From assembly GCF_963506605.1 (NCBI RefSeq), contig NC_083284.1:17422001-17486000 (forward strand): a DNA stretch of 64,000 nucleotides, in the 5' to 3' direction. The DNA is from Zootoca vivipara (Eukaryota). The position numbers and the translations under genes were made by a program. Under the pieces are notes generated by a model. The model was not told the origin of the DNA. It was given only the letters and a program-made list of their open reading frames with translations, and ran no database searches. Below are positions 39,432-49,824 of the stretch, one piece after another. The stretch's first letter is position 1. Every line of letters starts with the position of its first letter.

Positions 39432-40822
39432 TCATGTATAATGAGATAAGAACCCGATATCTCTGTTCAAACCAGGTCCCTCCATGGTTTTGAGCTTGGT
39501 GATAAGTTGCAATTCAGCAACTTCTCTTTCCAGTCTATTTCTGAAATTCTTTTGTAGTAAGACAGCTACTTTGAGATCTTGTATAGAATGTCCTGGGAGA
39601 TTGAAGTGTTCTCCTACTGGTTTTTCTGTCTTCTGGTTCCTGATGTCAGATTTATGTCCATTTATCCTTTGGCGTAGGGTTTGGCCTGTTTGTCCAATAT
39701 AGAGAGCTGAAGGGCACTGTTGGCATTTGATGGCATACACAATGTTAGAGGATGAGCAATTAAATAGTCCTGAGATGGTATGTTGGATGTTGTTGGGGCC
39801 AGTAATGGTGTTGTCTGGGTGTATGTGGCAGCAAAGTTGGCATCTGGGTTTATTGCAGGCTCTGGTACCAGTGTCCATGTTAAGTCTGGTGGTTGTATTC
39901 TTGTGGGTGAGGAGTTGTTTAAGATTGGGTGGCTGTCTGTAGGCAATGAAAGGTCTTCCTCCCAGAGCTTGAGAAAGGGAGCGGTCATTGTCCAGGAGAG
40001 GCTGTAGATCTCTGATGATGCGTTGTACTGTTTTAGCTTGGGAGCTGTATGTGATGACTAGTGGTGTTCTGTTATTTTCTTTTTTGGGTCTGTCTTGCAG
40101 CAGGTTCTCTCTAGGTATCTGTCTGGCTCTGTTGATCTGTTGTTTAACTTCATCAGGTGGATATTTTAGTTCTAAAAAGGTTTGCTGTAGATCTCTTAGG
40201 TGAGATTCTCTGTCTGTAGAGTTGGAACAGATGCGGTTGTAACGTAAGGCCTGGCTGTATACGATGGATTGTTTGGTATGTTTGGGATGGTAGCTAGAAG
40301 CATGTAGATATGTTTGTCGGTCAGTTGGTTTTCTGTATAAGGTGGTGTCTATACGTCCATCCTGTATTTTTATAGTAGTGTCCAAAAATGTATTTCTTGC
40401 ATAGATTGGTTCATTGTTAGGTTGATGGTGGGGTGAAAGTCATTGAATGTCTGGTGGAAGGTTTCCAGGGTCTGTTGTCCATGTGTCCAGATAATAAAAA
40501 TATCGTCAATGTATCGCAGGTACAGGAGAGGTTTGAGTGGGTAGGAGTTAAGGAAACGTTGTTCTAAATCTGCCATGAAGATGTTGGCATACTGTGGGGC
40601 CATGCGGGTGCCCATGGCTGTGCCGCTGATCTGGAGGAACAGGTCATCACCAAATTTGAAGTGGTTGTGGGTAAGGACAAAGTGGCAGAGTTTGGTAGCA
40701 AAGTCCGCTGTGGTTTTATCTGAAATGGTGTTCCTTATGGCTTGTAAACCATCATTGTGTGGGATGTTGGTATATAGAGATTCCACATCCATAGTGGCTA
40801 GTATAGTATTGTTAGGAAGATT
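39432..40822 (-). pseudogene. Inverted partial copy of the PLE ORF (RT C-terminal half plus GIY-YIG) with a 1-bp frameshift
   Basis: Minus ORFs 40370..40909 and 39432..40385 repeat the plus-strand protein exactly from NLPNNTILATMDVES to the stop. The break is an A5 run near 40384-40388, where the plus arm has T6. Confidence 0.93.
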
Positions 40823-42631
40823 ATAGACATTATAATTAAAGAGGCAGACAAGGGTGGAGCTGTCGTCATCATGAACAAAACTGATTACATCCAAGAGGCC
40901 CACAGACAACTTTCCAATACTGCCTTTTACATGAAATTGGACTCAGACCCCACACAAGCATACAAAAAAGAACTGAACAAGATTATTAAGGAGCTACCCC
41001 TACACATCCAAGAACAGATCCTCACAAACACACCAGCGGAACCTCGGCCAGGAACTTTCTATCTTCTACCCAAAATACACAAACCAGGAAACCCAGGACG
41101 CCCCATCATCTCAGGTATTGGCACCATTACAGTGGGTGTTTCCGGCTATATGGACTCTGTTCTGAAACCATATGCTATCAGTGCTCCCAGCTACGTACGT
41201 GACACCACAGATTTTCTGAGGAAAATACAATATTTGAACAATCTTCCTAACAATACTATACTAGCCACTATGGATGTGGAATCTCTATATACCAACATCC
41301 CACACAATGATGGTTTACAAGCCATAAGGAACACCATTTCAGATAAAACCACAGCGGACTTTGCTACCAAACTCTGCCACTTTGTCCTTACCCACAACCA
41401 CTTCAAATTTGGTGATGACCTGTTCCTCCAGATCAGCGGCACAGCCATGGGCACCCGCATGGCCCCACAGTATGCCAACATCTTCATGGCAGATTTAGAA
41501 CAACGTTTCCTTAACTCCTACCCACTCAAACCTCTCCTGTACCTGCGATACATTGACGATATTTTTATTATCTGGACACATGGACAACAGACCCTGGAAA
41601 CCTTCCACCAGACATTCAATGACTTTCACCCCACCATCAACCTAACAATGAACCAATCTATGCAAGAAATACATTTTTTGGACACTACTATAAAAATACA
41701 GGATGGACGTATAGACACCACCTTATACAGAAAACCAACTGACCGACAAACATATCTACATGCTTCTAGCTACCATCCCAAACATACCAAACAATCCATC
41801 GTATACAGCCAGGCCTTACGTTACAACCGCATCTGTTCCAACTCTACAGACAGAGAATCTCACCTAAGAGATCTACAGCAAACCTTTTTAGAACTAAAAT
41901 ATCCACCTGATGAAGTTAAACAACAGATCAACAGAGCCAGACAGATACCTAGAGAGAACCTGCTGCAAGACAGACCCAAAAAAGAAAATAACAGAACACC
42001 ACTAGTCATCACATACAGCTCCCAAGCTAAAACAGTACAACGCATCATCAGAGATCTACAGCCTCTCCTGGACAATGACCGCTCCCTTTCTCAAGCTCTG
42101 GGAGGAAGACCTTTCATTGCCTACAGACAGCCACCCAATCTTAAACAACTCCTCACCCACAAGAATACAACCACCAGACTTAACATGGACACTGGTACCA
42201 GAGCCTGCAATAAACCCAGATGCCAACTTTGCTGCCACATACACCCAGACAACACCATTACTGGCCCCAACAACATCCAACATACCATCTCAGGACTATT
42301 TAATTGCTCATCCTCTAACATTGTGTATGCCATCAAATGCCAACAGTGCCCTTCAGCTCTCTATATTGGACAAACAGGCCAAACCCTACGCCAAAGGATA
42401 AATGGACATAAATCTGACATCAGGAACCAGAAGACAGAAAAACCAGTAGGAGAACACTTCAATCTCCCAGGACATTCTATACAAGATCTCAAAGTAGCTG
42501 TCTTACTACAAAAGAATTTCAGAAATAGACTGGAAAGAGAAGTTGCTGAATTGCAACTTATCACCAAGCTCAAAACCATGGAGGGACCTGGTTTGAACAG
42601 AGATATCGGGTTCTTATCTCATTATACATGA
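40823..42631 (+). CDS. PLE reverse transcriptase / GIY-YIG endonuclease polyprotein, 5'-truncated but uninterrupted (the ATG at 40871 is internal)
   Basis: Frame open from 40823: IDIIIKEADKGGAVVIMN (PLE DKG motif), FYLLPKIHKPGNPGRPIIS, ATMDVESLYTNIP, QISGTAMGTRMAPQYANIFM, YLRYIDD (YIDD at 41549-41560), C-x4-C-x2-C linker CNKPRCQLC (Neptune-type), and NIVYAIKCQQC...LYIGQT...R..H...HF...E (GIY-YIG with CCHH). Confidence 0.95.
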   Translation: MDIIIKEADKGGAVVIMNKTDYIQEAHRQLSNTAFYMKLDSDPTQAYKKELNKIIKELPLHIQEQILTNTPAEPRPGTFYLLPKIHKPGNPGRPIISGIGTITVGVSGYMDSVLKPYAISAPSYVRDTTDFLRKIQYLNNLPNNTILATMDVESLYTNIPHNDGLQAIRNTISDKTTADFATKLCHFVLTHNHFKFGDDLFLQISGTAMGTRMAPQYANIFMADLEQRFLNSYPLKPLLYLRYIDDIFIIWTHGQQTLETFHQTFNDFHPTINLTMNQSMQEIHFLDTTIKIQDGRIDTTLYRKPTDRQTYLHASSYHPKHTKQSIVYSQALRYNRICSNSTDRESHLRDLQQTFLELKYPPDEVKQQINRARQIPRENLLQDRPKKENNRTPLVITYSSQAKTVQRIIRDLQPLLDNDRSLSQALGGRPFIAYRQPPNLKQLLTHKNTTTRLNMDTGTRACNKPRCQLCCHIHPDNTITGPNNIQHTISGLFNCSSSNIVYAIKCQQCPSALYIGQTGQTLRQRINGHKSDIRNQKTEKPVGEHFNLPGHSIQDLKVAVLLQKNFRNRLEREVAELQLITKLKTMEGPGLNRDIGFLSHYT

Positions 42632-42818
42632 TAAGCGATCTTCAGCCATCTCAACCCTTGCTTTTTCATGCAAAACCATTTGCAGTCGTTTGCGGTCATC
42701 AACAGCTATCAGTCAGTCAATCACCCATTTCCACCACCCTTCTGAGTGATCCCCCCTCCCCATCCCCACCCCTCCCCACCCCTTCTCTACATAAGTGCCT
42801 GGAAACTTCCATTTCACT

Positions 42819-42856
42819 GTATCTGAAGAAGTGTGCATGCACACGAAAGCTCATAC
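42819..42856 (+). ncRNA. Minimal type I hammerhead ribozyme motif in the PLE pseudo-LTR
   Basis: GUAU-CUGAAGA-A-GUGUGCAUGCACAC-GAAA-GC-UC^AUAC. Core boxes CUGANGA and GAAA, palindromic stem II, loopless palindromic stem III (AGCU), stem I GUAU/AUAC, predicted cut after CUC (42852). PLE pLTRs are known to carry such minimal hammerheads. Confidence 0.88.
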
Positions 42857-43159
42857 CAAAATAAAAACTTAGTTGGTCTTTAAGGTGCTACTGAAGGAAT
42901 TTTTTTATTTTACTTCGATCCAGACCAACACGGCTACCTACCTGTAACCTGTTACTTGGAAGACACTGTCAGAGAAGTGTACTGTCATCATGGTCATCTT
43001 CACTGACCCCCTCACAGAGGTGAAGCTGCTATTTGAAAAAAAGAAGAAGTAGCAGCTGCTGCCAGTTTGAGCCTGGAAGGGCAGCCATAGGGGTGGGTGC
43101 AAAGCTTGGTTCAGATTGCATTTTAATGCAAAACTTTCTGATTTTTTTTTAAAAAATAT

Positions 43160-43365
43160 TACTTATTGTTTGTATACCACTCTTCATCCAAAGATCACAG
43201 GGCAGTTCACAACATAAAAATACAAAATGAGGACACAAAATACATAATAAAAACAAGAACAAGAACAAACATTGCTCCCACTAACACATTTAAAAGAACA
43301 TAGAATGTTAATCATCCAAAGGCCTGGTTCAAGAGAAACATTTTTGCCTGGTGCCTAAAGATATG
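43160..43365 (-). repeat. L2-type 3' UTR fragment
   Basis: ttgtataccactcttcatccaaagatcacagggcagttcacaac ... ttttgcctggtgcctaaa. Confidence 0.55.
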
Positions 43366-44639
43366 AAATGCATCCTTCCTGAAACAACATGAGAACTAAA
43401 ATGCAGCTATTTTAAATTCATGCTGCTTTGAATTTTGTGATGTTCTCCAACCAGATAATGTGTACAGAAATGTGTATATTAAGAGTACATAAAAACAACA
43501 TAGAAAAATGCATCATGTTAGGGGAAATTACTTGCAAAATGTATATGTTAGGCAAAACTGCATCTATGTGTATAGTCTGGAAAATGCAGAGTAAAATGCT
43601 GATAAATACTGGGAAGAAGATTAATTGTTAAACCACTCTGGGAATTGTAGGTCAGTGAGGAGAATAGGGGTCTCCTAACAACTCTCAGCACCCTTAACAA
43701 ACTATAGTTCCCTAGATTCTTTGGGGTAAGTCATGACTCTCAAACTGGTATTAAAACACTTTAAATGTATGGTGTGCTTGTACCCTAGGAAAGATTTTTC
43801 AGTAGCTCCTTCTAGTCATTCATGTTTGATGAAATGAATGCACAATGTTGGGAACATGATGTCGGCAGGCACTGTCTCTTACCTACACACACGTTCATTA
43901 GAATCTGTAGACAGCTCTCACTATGTATAGTTAGCATGAGTAAAATTTGGGTGCCAATCCCATGGAAATTCTAATTTAACCTAAAGGTCTGTGGTGCCAT
44001 CTTGTAGTTGAACGTGATGGCCCGCCCATCAACCTCACTTGCTGAATACACACAGCTTAGATTCTTAAAAGCTCTTTGGAGGTTTCCATGTTCATAGTTC
44101 AAAAGAGTAAGCAGATCACTTTCTGGACTGTGAAGAAAATTCCTGTCACTGTGTAAAATTGTATCATTATGGTATTATGGAGTTAAGGTCACCGAGGGAG
44201 AAAAGCATTGCCACACTCCATTTATTGAAATAGCCCTCATTGGTACAGAAGTCACAAAATGAGAACCACAAGGGTATGCTCTTTAGCACCATGACTGTAT
44301 GAATTCTAAGTCGGTAACACTTTGGCTTTTGCATGCTAATTCTAAGTTACTGTGGGCCAAACTGATCATCATATAAAATATATATACAGTATGCACAGGT
44401 TTTTTTGGGGGGGGGGAATGGGGCAGAGTTTTAAAGTGCAAATTGCATCAATAGAGAAGGGTTGCCTCTGACAGTTATTGGGATCACAGCAGGCATAGGG
44501 GGGGGGGGGAAACGTAATCCTTTCATTTCTGAAGGAAATATGTCTTCTGCTATTGGCTTTTGGAAGGAAATCTTCCACTGGCATCACTATAGGACTTTCT
44601 CCCAATGCAAATAATAGCACTTTGCAAGTAACACTGAAT

Positions 44640-44642
<3 letters not shown>

Positions 44643-44716
<74 letters not shown>
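44643..44716. repeat. (GT)n(GA)n microsatellite
   Basis: Direct reading. Confidence 0.97.
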
Positions 44717-44718
<2 letters not shown>

Positions 44719-45688
44719 TGTCAATTATTTATGAATTGTTTTTGTAACAGAAATAAAAAAAAACCTGCACACCAGTCACCTTTCTGCTCCTTTCCCAGGC
44801 CTTAGTTTAATTCTACAAATCCCCTCCTTTACTTTATTTCTTCTATTCCCCCAAGAAATCTAACTAATATCATTGTCCTCAGATGGTGTGTGCAGAATGC
44901 ATGCCGTGGGGGTTGAATCTATATTTCAAGCTTCTCCTTCTTGATGAAGCCACAGAGTAAGATTCGCTGAACACAAGAGTGATTTGTTACGCTTGTGAAT
45001 AGTTGGTCTGCTTTACAAATGAGGTAGCTTCTCAGTAGGTGTGTGTTCTTGTTGTGGCTATGTAATTATCAAACCTGAAGCAGGAAATCAGAATCCACAT
45101 TGTGCCTCCTTAGAGACAACTGTACTAGAGTAAGCACAGGATGATGGGGAGGGAGGCGAGTAAAAGGGAGAAAGGCGTGGAGACAGGAGGCTCTCTCCTT
45201 TAAATGTGCTGCCCTGAAACAGTAGTTTCAATGGCTAATCTTGGGAAGTAAGACAAGTGTGGAATTGAGACCATAATTATATAATCATAGCAGGAACGTT
45301 ATAGCATGAAAATGGGGAATGCCTCTGGTATTCCCCCACTCAACCCCACACTAAAGCACCATGTTGTGGGGCTTTGCATTGCCTAATGACAATGGCAGGT
45401 GGCCGTCTTCCTGGGGACACCACAGCCAAGACACCCTCACTTAGTGGTGTGCCTCTTCATTGACAGAGGCAAGCGGAGATGTGACATGCCTCTTCTCAGC
45501 ACCACCAACAGCAGGGGATTAGGACTGCCGTCTTATTCAGGTTTTCTTTTAATACTCTTTTAACAGTTTTGATTGTATGTTCCTGCTGCGCTGAATTTGT
45601 ATATTTTACAGCTGTAAAAAATGGAAAGAAAATCCATATACTGCCCAGATAACTTATTTGTAATGGGCAGTATAAGAATGCTGATTAT

Positions 45689-45770
45689 CAGTGCTTTTAA
45701 CCAGTGCTTTTCTTCTAGAAAAGGGGTGCTGGTACAGTGTACCTTTGAGTAGCCTCAGTAAAAAGCACTG
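45689..45770. mobile_element. hAT MITE (CAGTGCTTTT-type TIR)
   Basis: CAGTGCTTTT...AAAAGCACTG; TSD CTGATTAT / CTGATTGT. Confidence 0.8.
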
Positions 45771-45796
45771 CTGATTGTTATTATCATTATCATTAG

Positions 45797-46128
45797 CAGG
45801 GGCGGAGGAAGGGCTGTGGTGGGTGCGGTCCGCCCAGTGTGTCACCACTGAGGGGGGTGACAAAATGCTGGGCAGCACTCACCACGGGGCCTGCAGTGCG
45901 CCTGGGCCACGCATCTCTCCTGGGAGTGGCACGGTGGCTCAGGCGCACACAGCCTCCACGCAGCCCCAAACAGTCCACCTGCTGCCTCCCCCCCCCAGCT
46001 GTAGGGTGAGTGGGAGGAGGCAGGCATACTCCGGAGGCCCCGCGGTGCGCCCCACCCCTATGGTTGGCTCTCCCCACCCTTGACCCGCCCCTATGGGCGG
46101 CTCGCCCGAGGGGTTTCCTCCGCCGCTT
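45797..46128. mobile_element. GC-rich non-autonomous DNA transposon (probably hAT)
   Basis: CAGGGGCGGAGGAA...TTCCTCCGCCGCT inverted ends; imperfect 8-bp flanks ATCATTAG / GTCATTAC. Confidence 0.65.
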
Positions 46129-47670
46129 GTCATTACCATTTAACCATTTTGAAATAAATTCTTAAACGTTGATTTTCCCTTGCTATTCTTGAAACAGTGC
46201 CATTAGCAAGGCATTGCAATCTCTTCTGATTTGTTCTTCTAGTAAGTCACTCCAGAGGTTCATGGGAGGACAAACTTTTTTTTTTCCTGTTGAGGGTCAC
46301 ATTCCCTTGCTCCATAATCTCTGAAGGCCCACACATGGCAGGAAGAGTGAAAGCCAGTGGTGGTGGAGGCAGAATTAAAATGGTCAGGATCTCTCTCTCC
46401 CCTTCTCTCCCACCACCTAAAAATACAAATCCTGCTGTTTCTAGCAACTAGTATGTTCACCAGTTCTAGAGAGAGGGAGAATTTTTTTTCTTTGCTTTAT
46501 CCACTTTCTCCATACTATGCATAATTTTATACATTTCCGCCTCTTGCTTGCCTTTTCTCTAAAGTCCCAAATGTTACATCTCTTTCTAAATACCTCCTTC
46601 TAGTATGGTTCAGTTTAGTGCACTGTCCTAGACCTGAACCGCTTCCTCATCCTTCTTCTCTATAAGTGTATGGTGGCCAAAGCTTTTGGCACAATAAAAA
46701 GTAAAAATTCACCCTTTATATCCTTTCCAGTTCATTAACAGAGGAAATAATGTCATTTAAGTGAAGTACTTCTCATTATGTTAAAAGTCACTGTTTTGTT
46801 ACTAGATCATAACATATAATAGAAGGTCAATATCCACAGTGTTGCGCAGAATCTGTGCTAATGGAGTAACATAATTAAAATTAATTGAGTATGATTCCAC
46901 CTATTAAATGCATTAAGATTGATGTGAGTTATTTTCCCTGGCTGCTTTTTGTTAAGGTCCTGCATTGCTCAGAATGCCACCTCCTCTTGCTCTGTTATTG
47001 ATAGACAAAAACCAAATTAGGATAGAATTGTTCAAAGGATTAAGGGAGTAAATGGATTTAACCACATCATCAAAGTCCCTTGTTGAACACAAGCTGGCTT
47101 TTACAAATGCCCTCCTTTCTCCCATATACTGATGATGGGGAATTCATGATAAGGTCTCTTTTAGATGTTCCCCACACTGGCACACCTGGAGAACTCCAGG
47201 GTCCCCATTGCTGCTGTATGAGTTGGGTTCACAACAGGTGTATAACAAAGCTGTGGTGTAGCCACTGAAAGTACTTTTTAACATCTTCTCCCCATGCTAG
47301 TCAAGTAGCTGGAGATCTTGCTGAGTTTTCTACTGAAAGGCCAATGAATCATTAGTGCCACAGGAGAGAGTTTTAATAGCCTTTGATTAATCTGTAATCT
47401 TACCACCGCTGCAATATCTTTGGTAATGGAATTTTCAATTAGATTGTTATTTGAAACACAATTCATTTTACCTTCCTTTTAAAACAAAAAAGTGCTCTGT
47501 GCACAGTTATTTTGTCATTAGGTAATGTTTGGTTCAGAGATAGCAGAAGCCTCAGAATCAACATCTTTTTTCAGTGTTGGCAAAATGCAACTTTCCCCTT
47601 TACCCACCACTTATGTCTTGCTAGGCAAATAGAACTACAGTATCACCACTCTTGCTAAGATTAGCTTATC

Positions 47671-49277
47671 ATCATCATCACCAAACCTTTTATTGGCATC
47701 ACATACAAACATCCATATCACATCAATACAGAATTACCACCTCCCCAGTGACACAAAACATTTGCCAAAAGAAAAGAGGCAAAGCAGTCTATCGTCACAT
47801 CTCTAGTTCTTCAGGGAGATCGGACATCTGCAAAGTGTTTCAATGACAAACAACCAAATAAATATATTTAGCCACTAACTTGGTGAGCTCCTGATTATTC
47901 CCCAGTAATAGAAAATGTATGACCTCCAACTCTGGTTTCCATTTGGGGATGCAGAGTTGATCTGGGTATTGCTGATGGAGAACAGCATATAGTTTACATT
48001 TTAAGAACCATATGTGTAAGAGTTTCCACTGGGTGGTCTTCACATGGGCAAATTCTTTCTCCTTCCACTCTGCCCAAGAACCTTCCCCAAAGGAGGTTTG
48101 ATGGATTTGAATTAAACCTGGCCAGCGAAAGTGCCCTTCTTTCTTGAGGGTTAAGCAAAAATTCAAGATAATTGTGGTTAATTTCATGTGCCCAAGAAGG
48201 TTGAAAGTAAAGAGGGGAACATATTTTCTCTGCTGCTACTGTTAGTTTCTGGCATTCAATATCCCACAACCTAGTTTTTATTATAGCCTTGGCAGATGGT
48301 AGGGACGTCGATCACAAAAGTTCCACTGACAGCCCGAGTTGCTGTACCTTTATGTTAAATTGTTGTAGCCCTGGGGAAAGAAAGGGGTCTAACAAAACTT
48401 CGCTGAGGAGAGGATCTTTATCTGTTGTAAGGCAGATGTTTAACCAGCACAGAAGAAATCTCGCCCAGGCGACAGTCTCTACCTTGTGTTGACCTCCCTC
48501 TAGACCAGGCATCCCCAAACTGCGGCCCTCCAGATGTTTTGGCCTACAACTCCCATGATCCCTAGCTAACAGGACCAGTGGTCGGGGAAGATGGGAATTG
48601 TAGTCCAAAACATCTGGAGGGCCGAAGTTTGGGGATGCCTGCTCTAGACACAAGGCTGCATAGGGTACACAACATGGGACAGCAAAAATCTTAAAAAGGA
48701 AAGCTGCCTGCACTCCTTCTACCAGCTGGGTAAACCCTAGCAGCCAGGCTCGAATTCCATAGAGCAATTGAGCTATAATATTGGCGTTGAAGACCTTAAG
48801 GGCAGAGGGGATATGCAAATTACCTCTAATTATGAAGAAATGCATTATGGCCTGCATAGACATCTTACTGGCATTCACATGCATTGCACGGTGCGAGGAC
48901 CAAAGAAGCCTATGATGGAATGTAAAGCCACTTCTGCCTGAGCAGGAGGTGGGGCGGTCCCTTCACATGCGCACAGAATGTTTCCCAGTCCTGTACAATT
49001 GGGGGGAATCCCGGGACGCGTCATCCACCAGCCGCCCAATCCGGTCGGCCGGGAAACAAACTCCTGGGTGGTCTCCACCCATTAAAGCGTTACCACCTAC
49101 CTGGAAATTAACTCTTTTTGATGTGGTAGGTTCTGAATTATGGGCTCTTAAGAAATCATCCAGTTTACTCTGCTTGCACTTCTGCTGTGGGCTCACTTGT
49201 GGTGATGAGGCCGATTGCTTCTTTTTCTTAGACATTTTCCCGGAGATGCAGCCGCTACTAATTTCTGCTGTAAATCC
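47671..49277 (-). mobile_element. RTE-X-like LINE, internally deleted, retaining both ends, with 12-bp TSD
   Basis: TSD GATTAGCTTATC at 47659-47670 and 49278-49289; 3' CCAATAAAAGGTTTGG(TGA)n; ORF2-end remnants IPSALKVFNANIIAQLLYG and ERICPC...VETLTHMVLKC; 5' ORF 48963..49235 MSKKKKQSASSP... Confidence 0.8.
48506..48641. mobile_element. 136-bp hAT-Charlie (URR1-like) MITE nested in the RTE-X element
   Basis: TSD CTCTAGAC at 48498-48505 and 48642-48649. Confidence 0.93.
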
Positions 49278-49593
49278 GATTAGCTTATCCCTTACTCAGA
49301 TACACATTCTCAGTCCCTCCCTTAAGCAGCCTCAGGCAGAACAAAGTCAATGTCAGGTTTGCATCCTTACAGCTGTTTACTCTATTTATCCCAAAGCCTT
49401 GCTGGAGGGCTTATCCACACAGCTCAACATGTATATAATGAACAGATATAATACATTACCAGTAACAATTATATAGTCTTGGTGTGTTTTAAAACAGGGC
49501 AAGTGTTAAGGAAGTTCTAGGTGTCAAGATAATGTGCTACGTCTTGCACAGAATTCTAAAAAAATGTGGAGATGTAATATTTTATTATTATTA

Positions 49594-49781
49594 CAGTGGT
49601 ACCTTGGTTTACAAGCACAATTGGTTCTGGAAGTCTGTACTTAACCTGAAGCGTACTTAACCTGAAGCGAACTTTCCCATGGAAAGTAATGGAAAGTGGA
49701 TTAATCCGTTCCAGATGGGTCCGAGGAGTACTTAAACTGAAAATACTCAAACCGAGACGTACTTAAACCAAGGTATGACTG
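49594..49781. mobile_element. Tigger-like MITE
   Basis: TA|CAGTGGTACCTTGG...CCAAGGTATGACTG|TA. Confidence 0.88.
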
Positions 49782-49824
49782 TAATGATAATAATACTCCA
49801 CCCATCTGGCTGGGTTTAAATTTA

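Larger units (their letters stand above)
39149..42948. mobile_element. Penelope-like retroelement (Neptune-type), head-to-head inverted insertion with 13-bp TSD
   Basis: Minus arm 39149-40822 is the reverse complement of 41240-42902. Plus arm is 40823-42948. Direct repeat CTGTTACTTGGAA at 39136-39148 and 42949-42961. RT plus GIY-YIG ORF, and hammerhead motifs near both 3' ends. Confidence 0.96.

Noticed and set aside
40370-40909. 179-aa minus ORF as an independent gene
   Set aside because: Chimeric: its N-terminus is antisense of the plus arm read across the inversion junction, and the rest is the duplicated RT.
39484-42579. Mirror-image small ORF pairs (72, 108, 71, 75 aa)
   Set aside because: Alternative or antisense frames of the PLE, duplicated only because of the inverted repeat.
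39149-42948. DNA transposon or foldback element with giant TIRs, or an LTR retrotransposon
   Set aside because: The repeats consist of RT/GIY-YIG coding sequence and pLTR. There is no transposase, gag or integrase, and the ends are asymmetric.
45797-46128. CpG-island promoter (also 57698-58053)
   Set aside because: The GC/CpG richness is confined between transposon TIRs.
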